Shown here one piece after another: positions 36,474 through 46,532 of a stretch of 64,000 nucleotides of DNA. Position 1 is the first letter of the stretch, and every line of letters begins with the position of its first letter. The position numbers were made by a program, and so were the translations under genes. The stretch lies in the NCBI GenBank assembly GCA_050012255.1, contig JBEKHN010000005.1, forward strand, positions 32,001 through 96,000, in the 5' to 3' direction. A model generated the notes under the pieces. That model searched no databases and had not been told where the DNA came from. It worked only from the letters and a program-made list of their open reading frames with translations. This DNA comes from Candidatus Bathyarchaeia archaeon. Its GTDB lineage: Archaea > Thermoproteota > Bathyarchaeia > Bathyarchaeales > Bathycorpusculaceae.

Positions 36474-39400
36474 TCAAGAAGAACCATTGTGACTTTCGAT
36501 AAGCTGCCTTTCTTCAGCTCCCACCGCGTACAACTCGTAGACGAGTTCATCAATTTTTTCTTCGTAAACTGCTGCCTCACGTTTAAGCAATTCAATACGC
36601 GACGAATCTGAAATCGTATTTATGGCTTGGTTTAACCTCATAATTTTCAAGGAAAGTGCAGCTATTTGATCTTTCAAACCATTTTGGCTATCGTCTCTAG
36701 GGCGTATTATGGGCAAAGATTGAATGTATTGCTTGTTGTACGCGAAGAACCCACCACTGAAACGAGTGCTAATCTTCTTCGTCAAATAATCCAGTAACTT
36801 GCTGTTCAGCAAACCAACTAAATAGAACGGATCTATATTCGATTTTTCATTAATTGAAAGCCCGTAACCCCCACCACCTCCTCCTCCACTACCGAGGAAA
36901 TAGTACGAACCATTTTCATCGTAAGCAAACGCGGCTTTCTTAGCAATAGATGGTGTCAGTATCTTTTCTTTGCTACATTGCACCAAGTTCTGATTTCTTG
37001 AATATGCATACCATTCAGAGCATTTCCATTTCCCATGCTCACGTTCTTCCAAGATTCTCTTATTTAGCTGAAGATAACTTGCACAATTTGGAAACTTATC
37101 TTCAAGTTCACGGAATAGAATTAGCTTTGCTGTTGCGCCCTTAACATAATATGGAAAAATAACGTATTTTTGGGGACTAACAATTCTGTAGCGACGAATG
37201 TCAAGGGAACCTTTCAACAGAGGTCGCAATAATTTTCTTTCAATTTTGACGTTCCGTTCAATTGTCTTTGAATACAGCTCAACTATTTCTTTTCCAATTC
37301 CGCCCTTGAGTTCTAGAACAAATACCTTATCTGCTCCTGTGATTATTCCCTGAAAGATTTTATCACAAACATCTGATAAGACTGGCTTGATCAAAGACAG
37401 TTTGTTCAGTAACTTTGACTCATCGCCAAAACTAAATTGCCAAGGCTGTTCGCAAATATTACTTAAGGGCAATGTAGTTACGAAAAGTGAAGAGTTGCGG
37501 TATTCAATATTCTTCGCTACAAAAGATAGTTGACTCGCGGGATTTTCAATTCTCTTAATCTCAGTATACTTGAACGTCTTCCTCTCAGATTTGCTTAGAA
37601 ATAATAGGTTAGTGTATGTGGTAACTTTTTCGAAAACCTGTTGGTCTCCGAAGTTGACTATTTCTCGCAAGTACTTGTTGCTGGATATTAACTGGCGCAG
37701 GTTCTTGCCATATTCAGCTTGGAAGAATTTGTTGGGAAGAATAAATCCAAATAATCCATTTTCGTCCAACAGTTGCATTGCTTTTTCTACGAAAACAACG
37801 TAAATGTCATAGTTGCCACTTTCAGCTGTTTTGTACTTATGAGAAAAATATTCGACTTCTTTGGAAGCCCATTCCTTCATTGTTTGAATGCGGATATAGG
37901 GTGGATTGCCGATAATCGCGTCGAATCCGCGTGTCTGATTGATTATGTTCCCGAATCCAGTCTTTTTTGAATACCAGTCAAAACAATTTACCTTTTCTTT
38001 TTCAACGTCTTCGATAAGTGTCTTTTGTTCAAGAAAATCGAACCCAACTAGCGAGTTTCCACAACGGATGTTTTTTGAAAGCGATGGCAAAAGTTCCTTA
38101 TTATGGGGTAGGGCTCGTTCGCCCTCAAGAATTTTGATGTATAAACTCATCATGGTTATTTCTACGGCTTGTGGGTCTAAGTCAATGCCAAAGATGTTGT
38201 TTTTCAGCATCTCGCCTTTCTTGTAAATACTCAAACGAGGAATCGGGTTTCCATCTTCATCGTAAGAAACGATAACATTAGGGAACAACTCACCGCGTTT
38301 TGCTTCTTTGGGATATGATTCATAATACTTCAAATGATATTCGAATAGACGGTTAATCGCCTCAATGAGAAAACTGCCACTTCCACACGCAGGATCAAGT
38401 ATGTGAATGCTTTCGATTTGTTTAGGAGATTTGCCTTCAATAAGTTTGCCAACAGTGTTTTCAACTATGTAACTGACGACCCATCTAGGCGTGTAAAAAA
38501 CTCCGCCTGCCTTGCGCACTTCTGGTTTTTCTTCTACCTTAACTCTTTTCTCAGTTAACCGTATTGTCTTGCCCAAATATTTTTCATAGATTGTTCCAAG
38601 AAGTTCTACGCCGATTACTGCAAAGTTATAAGGGCTCTTAGGGGAATATAATCCGTCGATTATTTCAGCCACTATAGGCGATCCATAAGAGATTTTCTCA
38701 CAAGAATGATCTTTGAAAATCTCACCGTTAAAATCATTGTTGAGTTGCTTAAATAGCAGATTTAATTGGGCTTGAATGTCTCTATGTCTTCCTTCTTTCC
38801 AAGTGTCAGCGATTTCCTTCAAGGTCTTGAAATCAATTATTTTCCTGTCTTCAAGAAGACGTATGAAGATAAGCCTGTCTAATAGCCGCTGGACAACGTC
38901 GTTGAGCTCCCTGACTGTTATTGCGGGATTGCGCTTGTGAACCTCTTTCGCCAACTCTTCGCGCCATAGAGTCATCTGGTCAATTAACGCTGCGTCAACA
39001 GGTATGCGTAGGCGTTTTGCTGAAGGGTCTTTAGAACTCAATTGATCAAGCGAACCACTGACTACTTTCTCTTTAGAGAAAAGCCAAAGCCGATCAAAAT
39101 CAGTAGTTCCAAACTCTTCAAACTTCAGTTCAAAAATCAAACCAAGCTGTGGTTGCTTTAGATCTGGTTTTATTGTTGTGTCAAAAACCTTGAACGACTT
39201 AAAATCAGTTAAGACTGCGATGTTCACGCTGGTTGTGTTCCAGCCGTAACGCTTAGCTTGAAAGATATCTTCTGACTTATCAGTGCCTTTGGCTGGTGCT
39301 TTAGTTTCAACAAAAAACCTGTCTTGACCATTTATGCGAAATGAGTAGTCTGGGCGACCTGTTGTATCGCCCTTCTCTACGAGGACTTCCCGTTGAAGCC

Positions 39401-39581
39401 TAGAAAGCTTGTTCTTGTTAACGATGTCCCAGCCGAGTGCTTTAAACAGCTCGTCAACAAAATCAGTGCGGAGTTGACTCTCTAAGTATCCGCTGGATTC
39501 GTATTCAGGTTGGTTGGACGTAAATCGGTCTATGAGTTCCTGAATTGTTCCTTTCGCATATTTGGCGTCTGGATCCGTCAA
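36474..39581 (-). CDS. Type IIG (Eco57I/TaqI_C-like) fused restriction endonuclease-methyltransferase
   Basis: N-term PD..ETK nuclease + QAKRY, GVFYTP, ILDPACGSGSFL, IIGNPPY, C-terminal TRD (YLVGLLNSKL); visibly AT-rich. Confidence 0.92.
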   Translation of the reverse strand: MTDPDAKYAKGTIQELIDRFTSNQPEYESSGYLESQLRTDFVDELFKALGWDIVNKNKLSRLQREVLVEKGDTTGRPDYSFRINGQDRFFVETKAPAKGTDKSEDIFQAKRYGWNTTSVNIAVLTDFKSFKVFDTTIKPDLKQPQLGLIFELKFEEFGTTDFDRLWLFSKEKVVSGSLDQLSSKDPSAKRLRIPVDAALIDQMTLWREELAKEVHKRNPAITVRELNDVVQRLLDRLIFIRLLEDRKIIDFKTLKEIADTWKEGRHRDIQAQLNLLFKQLNNDFNGEIFKDHSCEKISYGSPIVAEIIDGLYSPKSPYNFAVIGVELLGTIYEKYLGKTIRLTEKRVKVEEKPEVRKAGGVFYTPRWVVSYIVENTVGKLIEGKSPKQIESIHILDPACGSGSFLIEAINRLFEYHLKYYESYPKEAKRGELFPNVIVSYDEDGNPIPRLSIYKKGEMLKNNIFGIDLDPQAVEITMMSLYIKILEGERALPHNKELLPSLSKNIRCGNSLVGFDFLEQKTLIEDVEKEKVNCFDWYSKKTGFGNIINQTRGFDAIIGNPPYIRIQTMKEWASKEVEYFSHKYKTAESGNYDIYVVFVEKAMQLLDENGLFGFILPNKFFQAEYGKNLRQLISSNKYLREIVNFGDQQVFEKVTTYTNLLFLSKSERKTFKYTEIKRIENPASQLSFVAKNIEYRNSSLFVTTLPLSNICEQPWQFSFGDESKLLNKLSLIKPVLSDVCDKIFQGIITGADKVFVLELKGGIGKEIVELYSKTIERNVKIERKLLRPLLKGSLDIRRYRIVSPQKYVIFPYYVKGATAKLILFRELEDKFPNCASYLQLNKRILEEREHGKWKCSEWYAYSRNQNLVQCSKEKILTPSIAKKAAFAYDENGSYYFLGSGGGGGGGYGLSINEKSNIDPFYLVGLLNSKLLDYLTKKISTRFSGGFFAYNKQYIQSLPIIRPRDDSQNGLKDQIAALSLKIMRLNQAINTISDSSRIELLKREAAVYEEKIDELVYELYAVGAEERQLIESHNGSS

Positions 39582-39602
39582 GGTAATCTGCTAAGCATAT
39601 GT

Positions 39603-40364
39603 TTAATAGCATTTAATATTTTGTTGTTCCCCAGCGTTTGTCTTGCGCGCGCGCTTTTGTATTCTCGTTATTAGGCACGCTTTGATGCAGAGGCCGCATA
39701 CGTCCCCGCCGAACACGATTTGAATGTATTCGTGACATTTCTCCTTGTTTATCAGCCATCCTTCAGAAGCATCGTAGACTGGGTTTTCCAAGGCTCCGGC
39801 AGGACATGCCTTGACGCATTTTAGGCACTTCTCCATGAGGCAAATGTCCTCGGTCAAGGGTCTATCAGGTCTAAGCGCGGCGCTTGTTATGACTGTGACA
39901 AAACGTACGTAAGGCCCGTAATCTGGTGTCAAGACCAGATTGTTCATTCCAAATCTGCCTAGGCCAGCTGCGACGGCCGCGTGCTTGTGCGACATATCCC
40001 CGAAATTCTTCTTCTTATCGTACGGTGAGCTGGCTGGAATCGCTAAAGCTTCGTATCCAAGGTCTTCGAGAAATCTGGCTGTCTCCCATGCCAGGCTGTT
40101 AAGCTTGAGGTTTGCCACGTCATAGTTTATCTTGTACTCTCTCATGGTTTTTGGAAGTTGAAGAATTGAAGACCTGTTTATTCTTAGACCTATGGAGATG
40201 ACACTTTTGGCGTTCGGCAAGAGGTCTCTCGGACGATGGCCTTTCGGCGCTCTTGAGAATCTTTTGGTGGTTGCAACTCCTACGAGTGTTGCTCCCTTCT
40301 TTTTGACGAAATCTTTGACCTTCCCCGTGAGACCAGCCAAGTTTTCACCTTGGGAACTGCTCAT
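39603..40364 (-). CDS. Epoxyqueuosine reductase (QueG)/reductive-dehalogenase-like Fe-S protein
   Basis: LLPNAKSVIS, SHKHAAVAAGLGRFG.NNLVLTPDYGP, CxxCxxxCP and CGLCIKAC. Confidence 0.85.
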   Translation of the reverse strand: MSSSQGENLAGLTGKVKDFVKKKGATLVGVATTKRFSRAPKGHRPRDLLPNAKSVISIGLRINRSSILQLPKTMREYKINYDVANLKLNSLAWETARFLEDLGYEALAIPASSPYDKKKNFGDMSHKHAAVAAGLGRFGMNNLVLTPDYGPYVRFVTVITSAALRPDRPLTEDICLMEKCLKCVKACPAGALENPVYDASEGWLINKEKCHEYIQIVFGGDVCGLCIKACLITRIQKRARKTNAGEQQNIKCY

Positions 40365-40368
40365 TTTG

Positions 40369-43296
40369 TTATGAGCTATCAAAACTGCGGAATTCTTTGC
40401 GATTTTCTTTTTCTTCCCAGAATTCGCGGGTTCGCAGGTACTGGATCTTCGCCTTGAGAAGGTCCATGAAGAACTCTTCTTCTTTCGGATGCATTTTTCC
40501 AAGAATTCTTGAGGCAGTTTCAGGGCCTACGCCCTTGACTTCAAGGGCTATGAGCGCTTTTCTTCCGTAGCTCAGCACCAGGTCCGCGGCTCGTCTTGCC
40601 TGAGTTAACTCCTTCAGCTCTTCCTCCGTCAGCGAGCTGCCTTCGCGTCTTCTTCTAAGCAGTTCGCCCAAATGGCTTGCGTCTTGGCTTCTGTACAGAA
40701 CCGTCAGAAGCTTCGATCCGCATTTCCTGCAAGAAGGTTGTTCAGGCACATCTCTGATTTTTTCATCCCCTGCGAATTCGCCGCAGGATATGCAGAGCAT
40801 CCTTGCTGTTCTGGCCTCTATCGCCATTTTCATCCTGTCTATGTTGCTTACCAAGACCTGTTCTGGTGCCATCAGCTCTGACATGTCTGAAAACTTTGCG
40901 AGTATGTGATAAGCCAACGGTGTTGGTTTCTCCAAGCTGCGCACAGTGCTGACCTTTATGATGCCGCTCTTAACTCGTCGCATGATCTCTTTGGCTCTCT
41001 TTTTGTCGACTTTCTCTATCATCGCCTCTCGCAGTGTTTCATCATAAATCGGGGTATCGCCGAATCTACTCGGAAGCTGGCTCAACCTTTCATAGCTCAT
41101 GGTTTTTCCACGTGGCAAGACACCGAACCTTTCAGCAACAAACTTCATCTTGTAAGAGAAGGGAAACTTTGCCTCCAAATAATCCTCGAAAGCCTTGTCA
41201 ACCTCTTTGCTTGTTAATGCAAACAGTGTTTCAGACAGTTTTTCAGTCTCTATCGGGTTCAGTTTTCGGGGCGTCTCGATGAGTATTCGGTAACCGTCGT
41301 TCCACCAGCCGACTATCACTTCCCGCTCAGAGAGCACAGAGTCAAAAACGCAGCCCAAAGTGCGATTCACCAGTTCACCGAAGCAAGCGTGAATTATCAA
41401 GTACTTGTCGAAAGATTCGAGAACGATATGATTATGCGTGGGCAGTGGCGCTCCCCTTTTCACGTGCTCATCAACCTCTCTGATTGTTGCAAGCAACGCA
41501 GACCTGTCGGTTGAGAGTCTTGATGCAAGTGTTTCCGCTGCGGCCTCCGCGTTTTTCGTCTTCTTCAGTTGATCTGCAATTTCTTCTCGAAGTTTGCCCG
41601 TTGCCTGTGCGAGGTCAAAAGGGACGGGAAGCATCTCGCCGTCCCATCCTGGGATCGCGGCCAGAGGGTCTTCCGAGGGAACAACGTAGACAATCCCGGT
41701 TTCCTGCTCGATCTGGACAATTCGCCACACTCTGCCCTTGACGATGATGTTCAAGCCTACTCTGGCTTTCAAGGCCATGAACTCGTCGCCCAAGGTTCCG
41801 ATTTTTCTATCAGAAATCACGTTCACGATCGGATAACGTCTCTCGTCCGGAATCATGGATAAGTTCTCATAATAGTAGCTTCTAGTCTTCCGAGCCTTTC
41901 GCAAAACCTTGCCTTCTTCCCCTATTCTTATGTTGCCCAAGCGCTCTAAAAAGTATACCACTTCATAAAAAGTGCTTTGAGAAATCTTCCTGTACGGATA
42001 AGCTCGCCGGAAAATTGACAATATATCCTTCGACTCTACCATCCCTTTATCCATCACTGCTCCAACGATTTGATGAGCCAAAACGTCCAAGGCACCTTCA
42101 TGGATCACGACGGGTTCAAGCTTGTTCTTACAAGCGTTCCTTACCGCTGCAATCGACTCCAAAGTGTCGTCTGGAAACGCGGTTACAATGACGCCTTCTG
42201 ACAGCATGTCCAATCGGTGGCCACTTCTTCCAACCCTCTGAATCAAGCTGCTGACCTGTCTGGGCGAAAGATACTGAATAACCAAGTCAATGCTTCCAAT
42301 GTCTATGCCCAGCTCCAAGGTGCTCGTGCAGATTATCGCTTTCAAGACACCTGCTTTAAACTCGTCTTCAACTTGGGCTCGCTCTTCCTTGGACAAAGAC
42401 CCATGATGAACAGCAACGTCACTGCGCCCGAGCTGATTAAACCTGTAGCCCAGCATCTCAGCAATCGTTCGAGCGTTTACAAAAATCAGGGTTGACTTGT
42501 GACTGTCAACAAGCTCAGTTACGCGTCTTATTCTTGCGGCCGCTTCAGGTGCCGTGTTGAGCTTCGCGGCTAGGTCGAAGTCTGACTCGATTGGGCTCGG
42601 GTTTTCAACATGATACATGTAGCCCTTGAGAAACGAGGCTTCTACCACCTTGATGCTTCTGCCTGTTCCAGCGATGAACTGGGCCACTTCGTCGGAGTTG
42701 CCAACAGTGGCTGACAAGCCTATCCTTTGAAACTCTTTTCCAACGATTTCGTGAAGCCTTTCTAAGGAAACCGCAAGCTGAACACCACGCTTGCTTGACG
42801 CAAGTTCGTGCACCTCGTCAACGACAACGTACCTTACGTTGGCCAAGTGCTGTTTCATGCGTGAGCCCGGCAGAATGGCCTGAAGCGTTTCGGGGGTTGT
42901 CACAAGCACTTCAGGCGGAAAAATGGCTTGTCTTCTTCGAAGCTTCAGTTCGGTGTCTCCGTGTCTCACCTCGATTGAAATGCCCAATCTTGATGACCAG
43001 AATGATAGGCGCTTCAGTAGGTCACGATTCAACGCCCTCAAAGGTGTGATGTAAATCACGGCTATGCCCTTCCTTGTTTCCTGTTGAATCAAGTTTGAGA
43101 AGATCGGGAGCAGAACGGCCTCTGTTTTGCCGCTTCCCGTGGGAGCAATCAGGAGGACGTTTTCGCCTTTTGCTACGTGAGGAATGGCCATTTTCTGGGG
43201 TAAAGTGGGCTCAGTGAAGCCTAGCTCGGACAAGGAGTCACGAATGGGTTTCGCAAGCTGGTTGAACACCTCTGAGTTCTCTTGGCGTTTAGGCAT
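40369..43296 (-). CDS. lhr: Lhr-family DEAD/H-box helicase
   Basis: APTGSGKT, YITPLRALNRD, TTPETL, DEVH, SAT, HHGSLS, TSTLELGIDIG, QRVGRSGH; C-terminal Zn finger + HhH. Confidence 0.94.
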   Translation of the reverse strand: MPKRQENSEVFNQLAKPIRDSLSELGFTEPTLPQKMAIPHVAKGENVLLIAPTGSGKTEAVLLPIFSNLIQQETRKGIAVIYITPLRALNRDLLKRLSFWSSRLGISIEVRHGDTELKLRRRQAIFPPEVLVTTPETLQAILPGSRMKQHLANVRYVVVDEVHELASSKRGVQLAVSLERLHEIVGKEFQRIGLSATVGNSDEVAQFIAGTGRSIKVVEASFLKGYMYHVENPSPIESDFDLAAKLNTAPEAAARIRRVTELVDSHKSTLIFVNARTIAEMLGYRFNQLGRSDVAVHHGSLSKEERAQVEDEFKAGVLKAIICTSTLELGIDIGSIDLVIQYLSPRQVSSLIQRVGRSGHRLDMLSEGVIVTAFPDDTLESIAAVRNACKNKLEPVVIHEGALDVLAHQIVGAVMDKGMVESKDILSIFRRAYPYRKISQSTFYEVVYFLERLGNIRIGEEGKVLRKARKTRSYYYENLSMIPDERRYPIVNVISDRKIGTLGDEFMALKARVGLNIIVKGRVWRIVQIEQETGIVYVVPSEDPLAAIPGWDGEMLPVPFDLAQATGKLREEIADQLKKTKNAEAAAETLASRLSTDRSALLATIREVDEHVKRGAPLPTHNHIVLESFDKYLIIHACFGELVNRTLGCVFDSVLSEREVIVGWWNDGYRILIETPRKLNPIETEKLSETLFALTSKEVDKAFEDYLEAKFPFSYKMKFVAERFGVLPRGKTMSYERLSQLPSRFGDTPIYDETLREAMIEKVDKKRAKEIMRRVKSGIIKVSTVRSLEKPTPLAYHILAKFSDMSELMAPEQVLVSNIDRMKMAIEARTARMLCISCGEFAGDEKIRDVPEQPSCRKCGSKLLTVLYRSQDASHLGELLRRRREGSSLTEEELKELTQARRAADLVLSYGRKALIALEVKGVGPETASRILGKMHPKEEEFFMDLLKAKIQYLRTREFWEEKENRKEFRSFDSS

Positions 43297-43337
43297 TCTC
43301 ACAAGCTGAAACGATGGGTGATCGAAAGTTTTATTCT

Positions 43338-44123
43338 TTATCTTTGCGGCAACGGGTAGGATAGTATTAGCCCAACGCTTTCGCGGTACGGTATTGATAC
43401 TGTCTCTCTGAACTTTCCCGTTTCAAGTGTTTTCCCGAATTCCTCTACTAACGGTGGTTTCCTTGAGCAGAAGATTACCTCGCCTTTTTCGCTGGTCCAG
43501 ACCGTTAGTCCCCTCGTTTTTCCTTTGTGAACAATGTGCAGGAATGAGTTCTCTTCTCCCAGTTGCAGCATGGCCACCGCGTTTGAGCCCTGCAAAGCAC
43601 AGAAAAACCCGTAAAGGGCTTCAGTAACGTCTCCTTTTTCGCTGAGCATCTCTTCGAAAAAATGCGGAATGACCTCTGAATCGATGAGTTCAAACTTCTC
43701 GGATTCGAAAACGTGTCCGGCACCGAACTTTTTTCTGATCTCTTCATAATTTTCCATTTTCCCGTTGTGGACTGAGGCTACTGTTAACCCTGGGTCGCGT
43801 TCAACGACGTAGGGCTGTGCAGTCTCTTTGAACTTGGCTGTGCTCATGAACTCTGGGCTCGGCATCCTTACATGTCCAAGCAAGACGGAGGCGTTCTTGA
43901 CATTGACGATTTCAGGCAGGTGGCAAGCAGGAGATCCATCGATCTTTCCAACTTTTTCGAGTAGGAGGTTGCCATCTTCCAGGAGCACGGCGACGCCGGC
44001 ACCGTAACCGCCGACGGGCCGTGGCTCTTGCGGAAGCTGATGGATCTCCAGTTTTTGAAGAACTTTGAAGACTTTGTTCATGGACACAGGTTTTCTGAGT
44101 GAAAAACCGAATATTCCACACAT
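43338..44123 (-). CDS. Stand-alone class II (Ntn) glutamine amidotransferase-like protein
   Basis: MCGIFG, GHVR, VHNG, IDSEV. Confidence 0.85.
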   Translation of the reverse strand: MCGIFGFSLRKPVSMNKVFKVLQKLEIHQLPQEPRPVGGYGAGVAVLLEDGNLLLEKVGKIDGSPACHLPEIVNVKNASVLLGHVRMPSPEFMSTAKFKETAQPYVVERDPGLTVASVHNGKMENYEEIRKKFGAGHVFESEKFELIDSEVIPHFFEEMLSEKGDVTEALYGFFCALQGSNAVAMLQLGEENSFLHIVHKGKTRGLTVWTSEKGEVIFCSRKPPLVEEFGKTLETGKFRETVSIPYRESVGLILSYPLPQR

Positions 44124-44345
44124 TTTTCTACCATCCCTCAATCGGAGCTTTGGATCAGTGCCAGTTGATCTGGAGAATCAACCTGTTTCACTGATTTGCC
44201 TACTTGCTTCTTAAATCTCTTTTTATCTTCGGTTCTGTCAACTCTTCGGTTGATACGGGCCCTTGTCAAAAATCGGTTGATGCAACTTCTAAGGGATTTA
44301 GTCTGAGTTTTCGTTGACAGTCGTTCTGAGAGCCCGTTTCTTGGC

Positions 44346-44567
44346 CTACTCTGTCTCAATCTTATAAAGAACTTTTAGACCTTTCAACGTGTGATGAATC
44401 TTGTCGGTGAGTTGAAGTATATCCCCGAGGTCAACATTCCTCTTCCAATCGTAAACGTGGTCATGAACCCCTCTTAAGGGTTCAAAGCCTAAAGAACGAA
44501 GTCTTTCAACAATCTCAACAGGGCCAGAGCCCTCACTGTTAAACCATATCGTCAAGTACGTCTTCAC
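44346..44567 (-). CDS. Small archaeal hypothetical protein
   Basis: MKTYLTIWFNSEG..LRSLGFEPLRGVHDHVYDW..LKGLKVLYKIET; GGGGGTG upstream. Confidence 0.75.
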   Translation of the reverse strand: MKTYLTIWFNSEGSGPVEIVERLRSLGFEPLRGVHDHVYDWKRNVDLGDILQLTDKIHHTLKGLKVLYKIETE

Positions 44568-44788
44568 AACGTAACACCCCAAACTTCTCTAAGAAATGAC
44601 GCACATCAATTAATCCTTTTCCATTGCAGGATAACTGTAAACTTATTTGTCATGGCTAAAAGGGGCCCATGTGAACTTTCGAGTTTTTGAAACGGGTCCT
44701 AGCTGCCAAAAGCATAGACTTCAACTCTGAATCGTCGCTTCATAACTCTTTTCTAGCATAAGCGTTCTGATTATGCACAAGTGAGAAA

Positions 44789-44872
44789 ATGAAAGTACAC
44801 TCTTACAGACGAGCCAAACCAGGCAACAAGCACAAGACAGTACACGTTAAGGGTTACGTAAGAAGAAAGTAG
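44789..44872 (+). CDS. Candidate 27-aa basic micropeptide with two VxxYxR motifs
   Basis: MKVHSYRRAKPGNKHKTVHVKGYVRRK*. Confidence 0.5.
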   Translation: MKVHSYRRAKPGNKHKTVHVKGYVRRK

Positions 44873-45298
44873 GAAAAGCCAATTCTTCCTGCAGTGCCCA
44901 GCGCAACTCGCTATTCTCGAAGACCAAAGGCTTATCGTAGACTAGCACATTTGCAGCAGTAAACATTCATAGCATCAAATGGTTTGACCCTTAAACCGAA
45001 GCCGTTGGACTCGGCCTTCTAGGAAGCCAGGTACTCGGCGGATTCTTTCTTTTCCCATTTCGTTAGCTCATCCTGCGACTTCAAGTTGAATCTGAGCAGG
45101 TCTATCACGTCACTTTTCCACTGATCTGGCGAAGCGTGTATCGCTCTTCCAATTTACAGGCTTCTGAGCAATTGTAGCGTCGCGCGCGCTCCAGAGAATA
45201 GTAGAAAAAGAGCACCCGCGATTCTGGCAGATTACATCCTGTCGTTTCTTGCCAAATAGCGCACTATCGTTAAATAAGCATGCAACGAAGATTCTCAT

Positions 45299-46372
45299 GT
45301 GAGGAGAGATACAGGTTTGGTCGATGAGGTTTATGATCAACTTGCGGAAGCTTTGGACCATCTTCCGAACGGTTTTCCGAGAACACCCTCAAACGTTGAG
45401 ATTCGAGTCCTGAAGAAGATATTCTCACCTGAAGAAGCAACGATCGCAGGTCAGCTAAGCGGTTCCCAAGAACCAGTCGAATCGATCGCCAAGAGAGTCG
45501 GGCTCTCGGTTAAAGAGGCTGGAGAAAAGTTGACCAAAATGACCAGGAAGGGTCTCGTGTGGCGTGATGACGAAGAGGGAAGACCAACCTTCAGACTTGC
45601 GCCCTTCGTCGTTGGAATCTACGAGTCACAACTGGAAACCATGGACCATGAACTAGCTCACCTCGTCGAAGAATACTTCGCGAATGGAGGTGCAGTCGGC
45701 ATAATGAAGCCTCAGCCGGCCCTTCACCGTGTTATTCCCGCGCAGAAAGCCATGAAATCCGAACTTATTCTTCCATACGACGATGTCAAATCAATACTGT
45801 TAAAGTCCAAATCGTTCGGCCTGCGTGATTGCGTCTGCAGGGTACAGCAGAAACAACTCGGCCACGAATGCACGTTTCCACTAACGACCTGTCTGTTCTT
45901 CTCGTCCTACGAGCGCCCTCCACACAGATACACCATCTCCAAAGAAAAGGCATTGGCTTTCCTCGACAAGGCCGAGGAAATAGGCTTGGTTCACACCGTT
46001 AGCAACGTGATGAAGGGTGTGGGTTACGTGTGCAACTGTTGCGGCTGCTGCTGCGGCATACTCAGAGGCATCAACGAGTGGGGCATAGAAAACTCCGTTG
46101 CTCATGCTAACTACTACGCCGCAATAGACCCAAACGAATGCCTAAACTGCGGAACATGCAGAACCAGATGCCAAGTACACGCAATTACTGAACAAGACGG
46201 CGTATCCGTTGTGGATAAGAAAAGATGCATCGGCTGCGGACTATGCGCAACCGGCTGCCCAAACAACGCAGCACAACTCAAACGCAAACCCGACAACCAG
46301 ATCATCAGCCCACCACAAGACTTTGGAACATGGGAACACGAACGCCTACATAGCCGAGGACTAACGGAATAG
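45299..46372 (+). CDS. Fe-S protein with N-terminal HTH-like region and C-terminal 2x[4Fe-4S] ferredoxin
   Basis: DCVCR, GLVH, VCNCCGCCCG, CLNCGTCRTRC, CIGCGLCATGCP. Confidence 0.87.
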   Translation: MRRDTGLVDEVYDQLAEALDHLPNGFPRTPSNVEIRVLKKIFSPEEATIAGQLSGSQEPVESIAKRVGLSVKEAGEKLTKMTRKGLVWRDDEEGRPTFRLAPFVVGIYESQLETMDHELAHLVEEYFANGGAVGIMKPQPALHRVIPAQKAMKSELILPYDDVKSILLKSKSFGLRDCVCRVQQKQLGHECTFPLTTCLFFSSYERPPHRYTISKEKALAFLDKAEEIGLVHTVSNVMKGVGYVCNCCGCCCGILRGINEWGIENSVAHANYYAAIDPNECLNCGTCRTRCQVHAITEQDGVSVVDKKRCIGCGLCATGCPNNAAQLKRKPDNQIISPPQDFGTWEHERLHSRGLTE

Positions 46373-46532
46373 AGCTCATGCAACCACTATTCAGGAGTAG
46401 ATAGGAAAAGAGAATTCGCGGGGGACATCTCCACTTCTAATGCGGTTACGACCAACATGCCAGCCTTTTGGAATGTCACGCATGCCTCTTTTTTGCGAGC
46501 TGCTACAATTGCATCTAAACAACAGACTATGA

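Noticed and set aside
20000-36500. Classical integron (intI + attC) or IS/prophage explaining the patchwork
   Set aside because: No tyrosine/serine recombinase, transposase or viral hallmark ORF, and no convincing RYYYAAC..GTTRRRY attC hairpins.
36474-39581. The R-M enzyme as the factor acting on GCGCGC
   Set aside because: NPPY gamma-class type IIG enzymes generally methylate adenine in asymmetric sites and GCGCGC has no A; nothing links them except flanking.
40365-40502. Longer start for the QueG-like gene
   Set aside because: It overlaps the lhr 3' end; ATG 40364 follows the lhr stop directly.
44590-44735. Minus-strand MKRRFRVEVYAFGS* as a nucleotidyltransferase remnant
   Set aside because: Only 14 codons, with no supporting downstream similarity.
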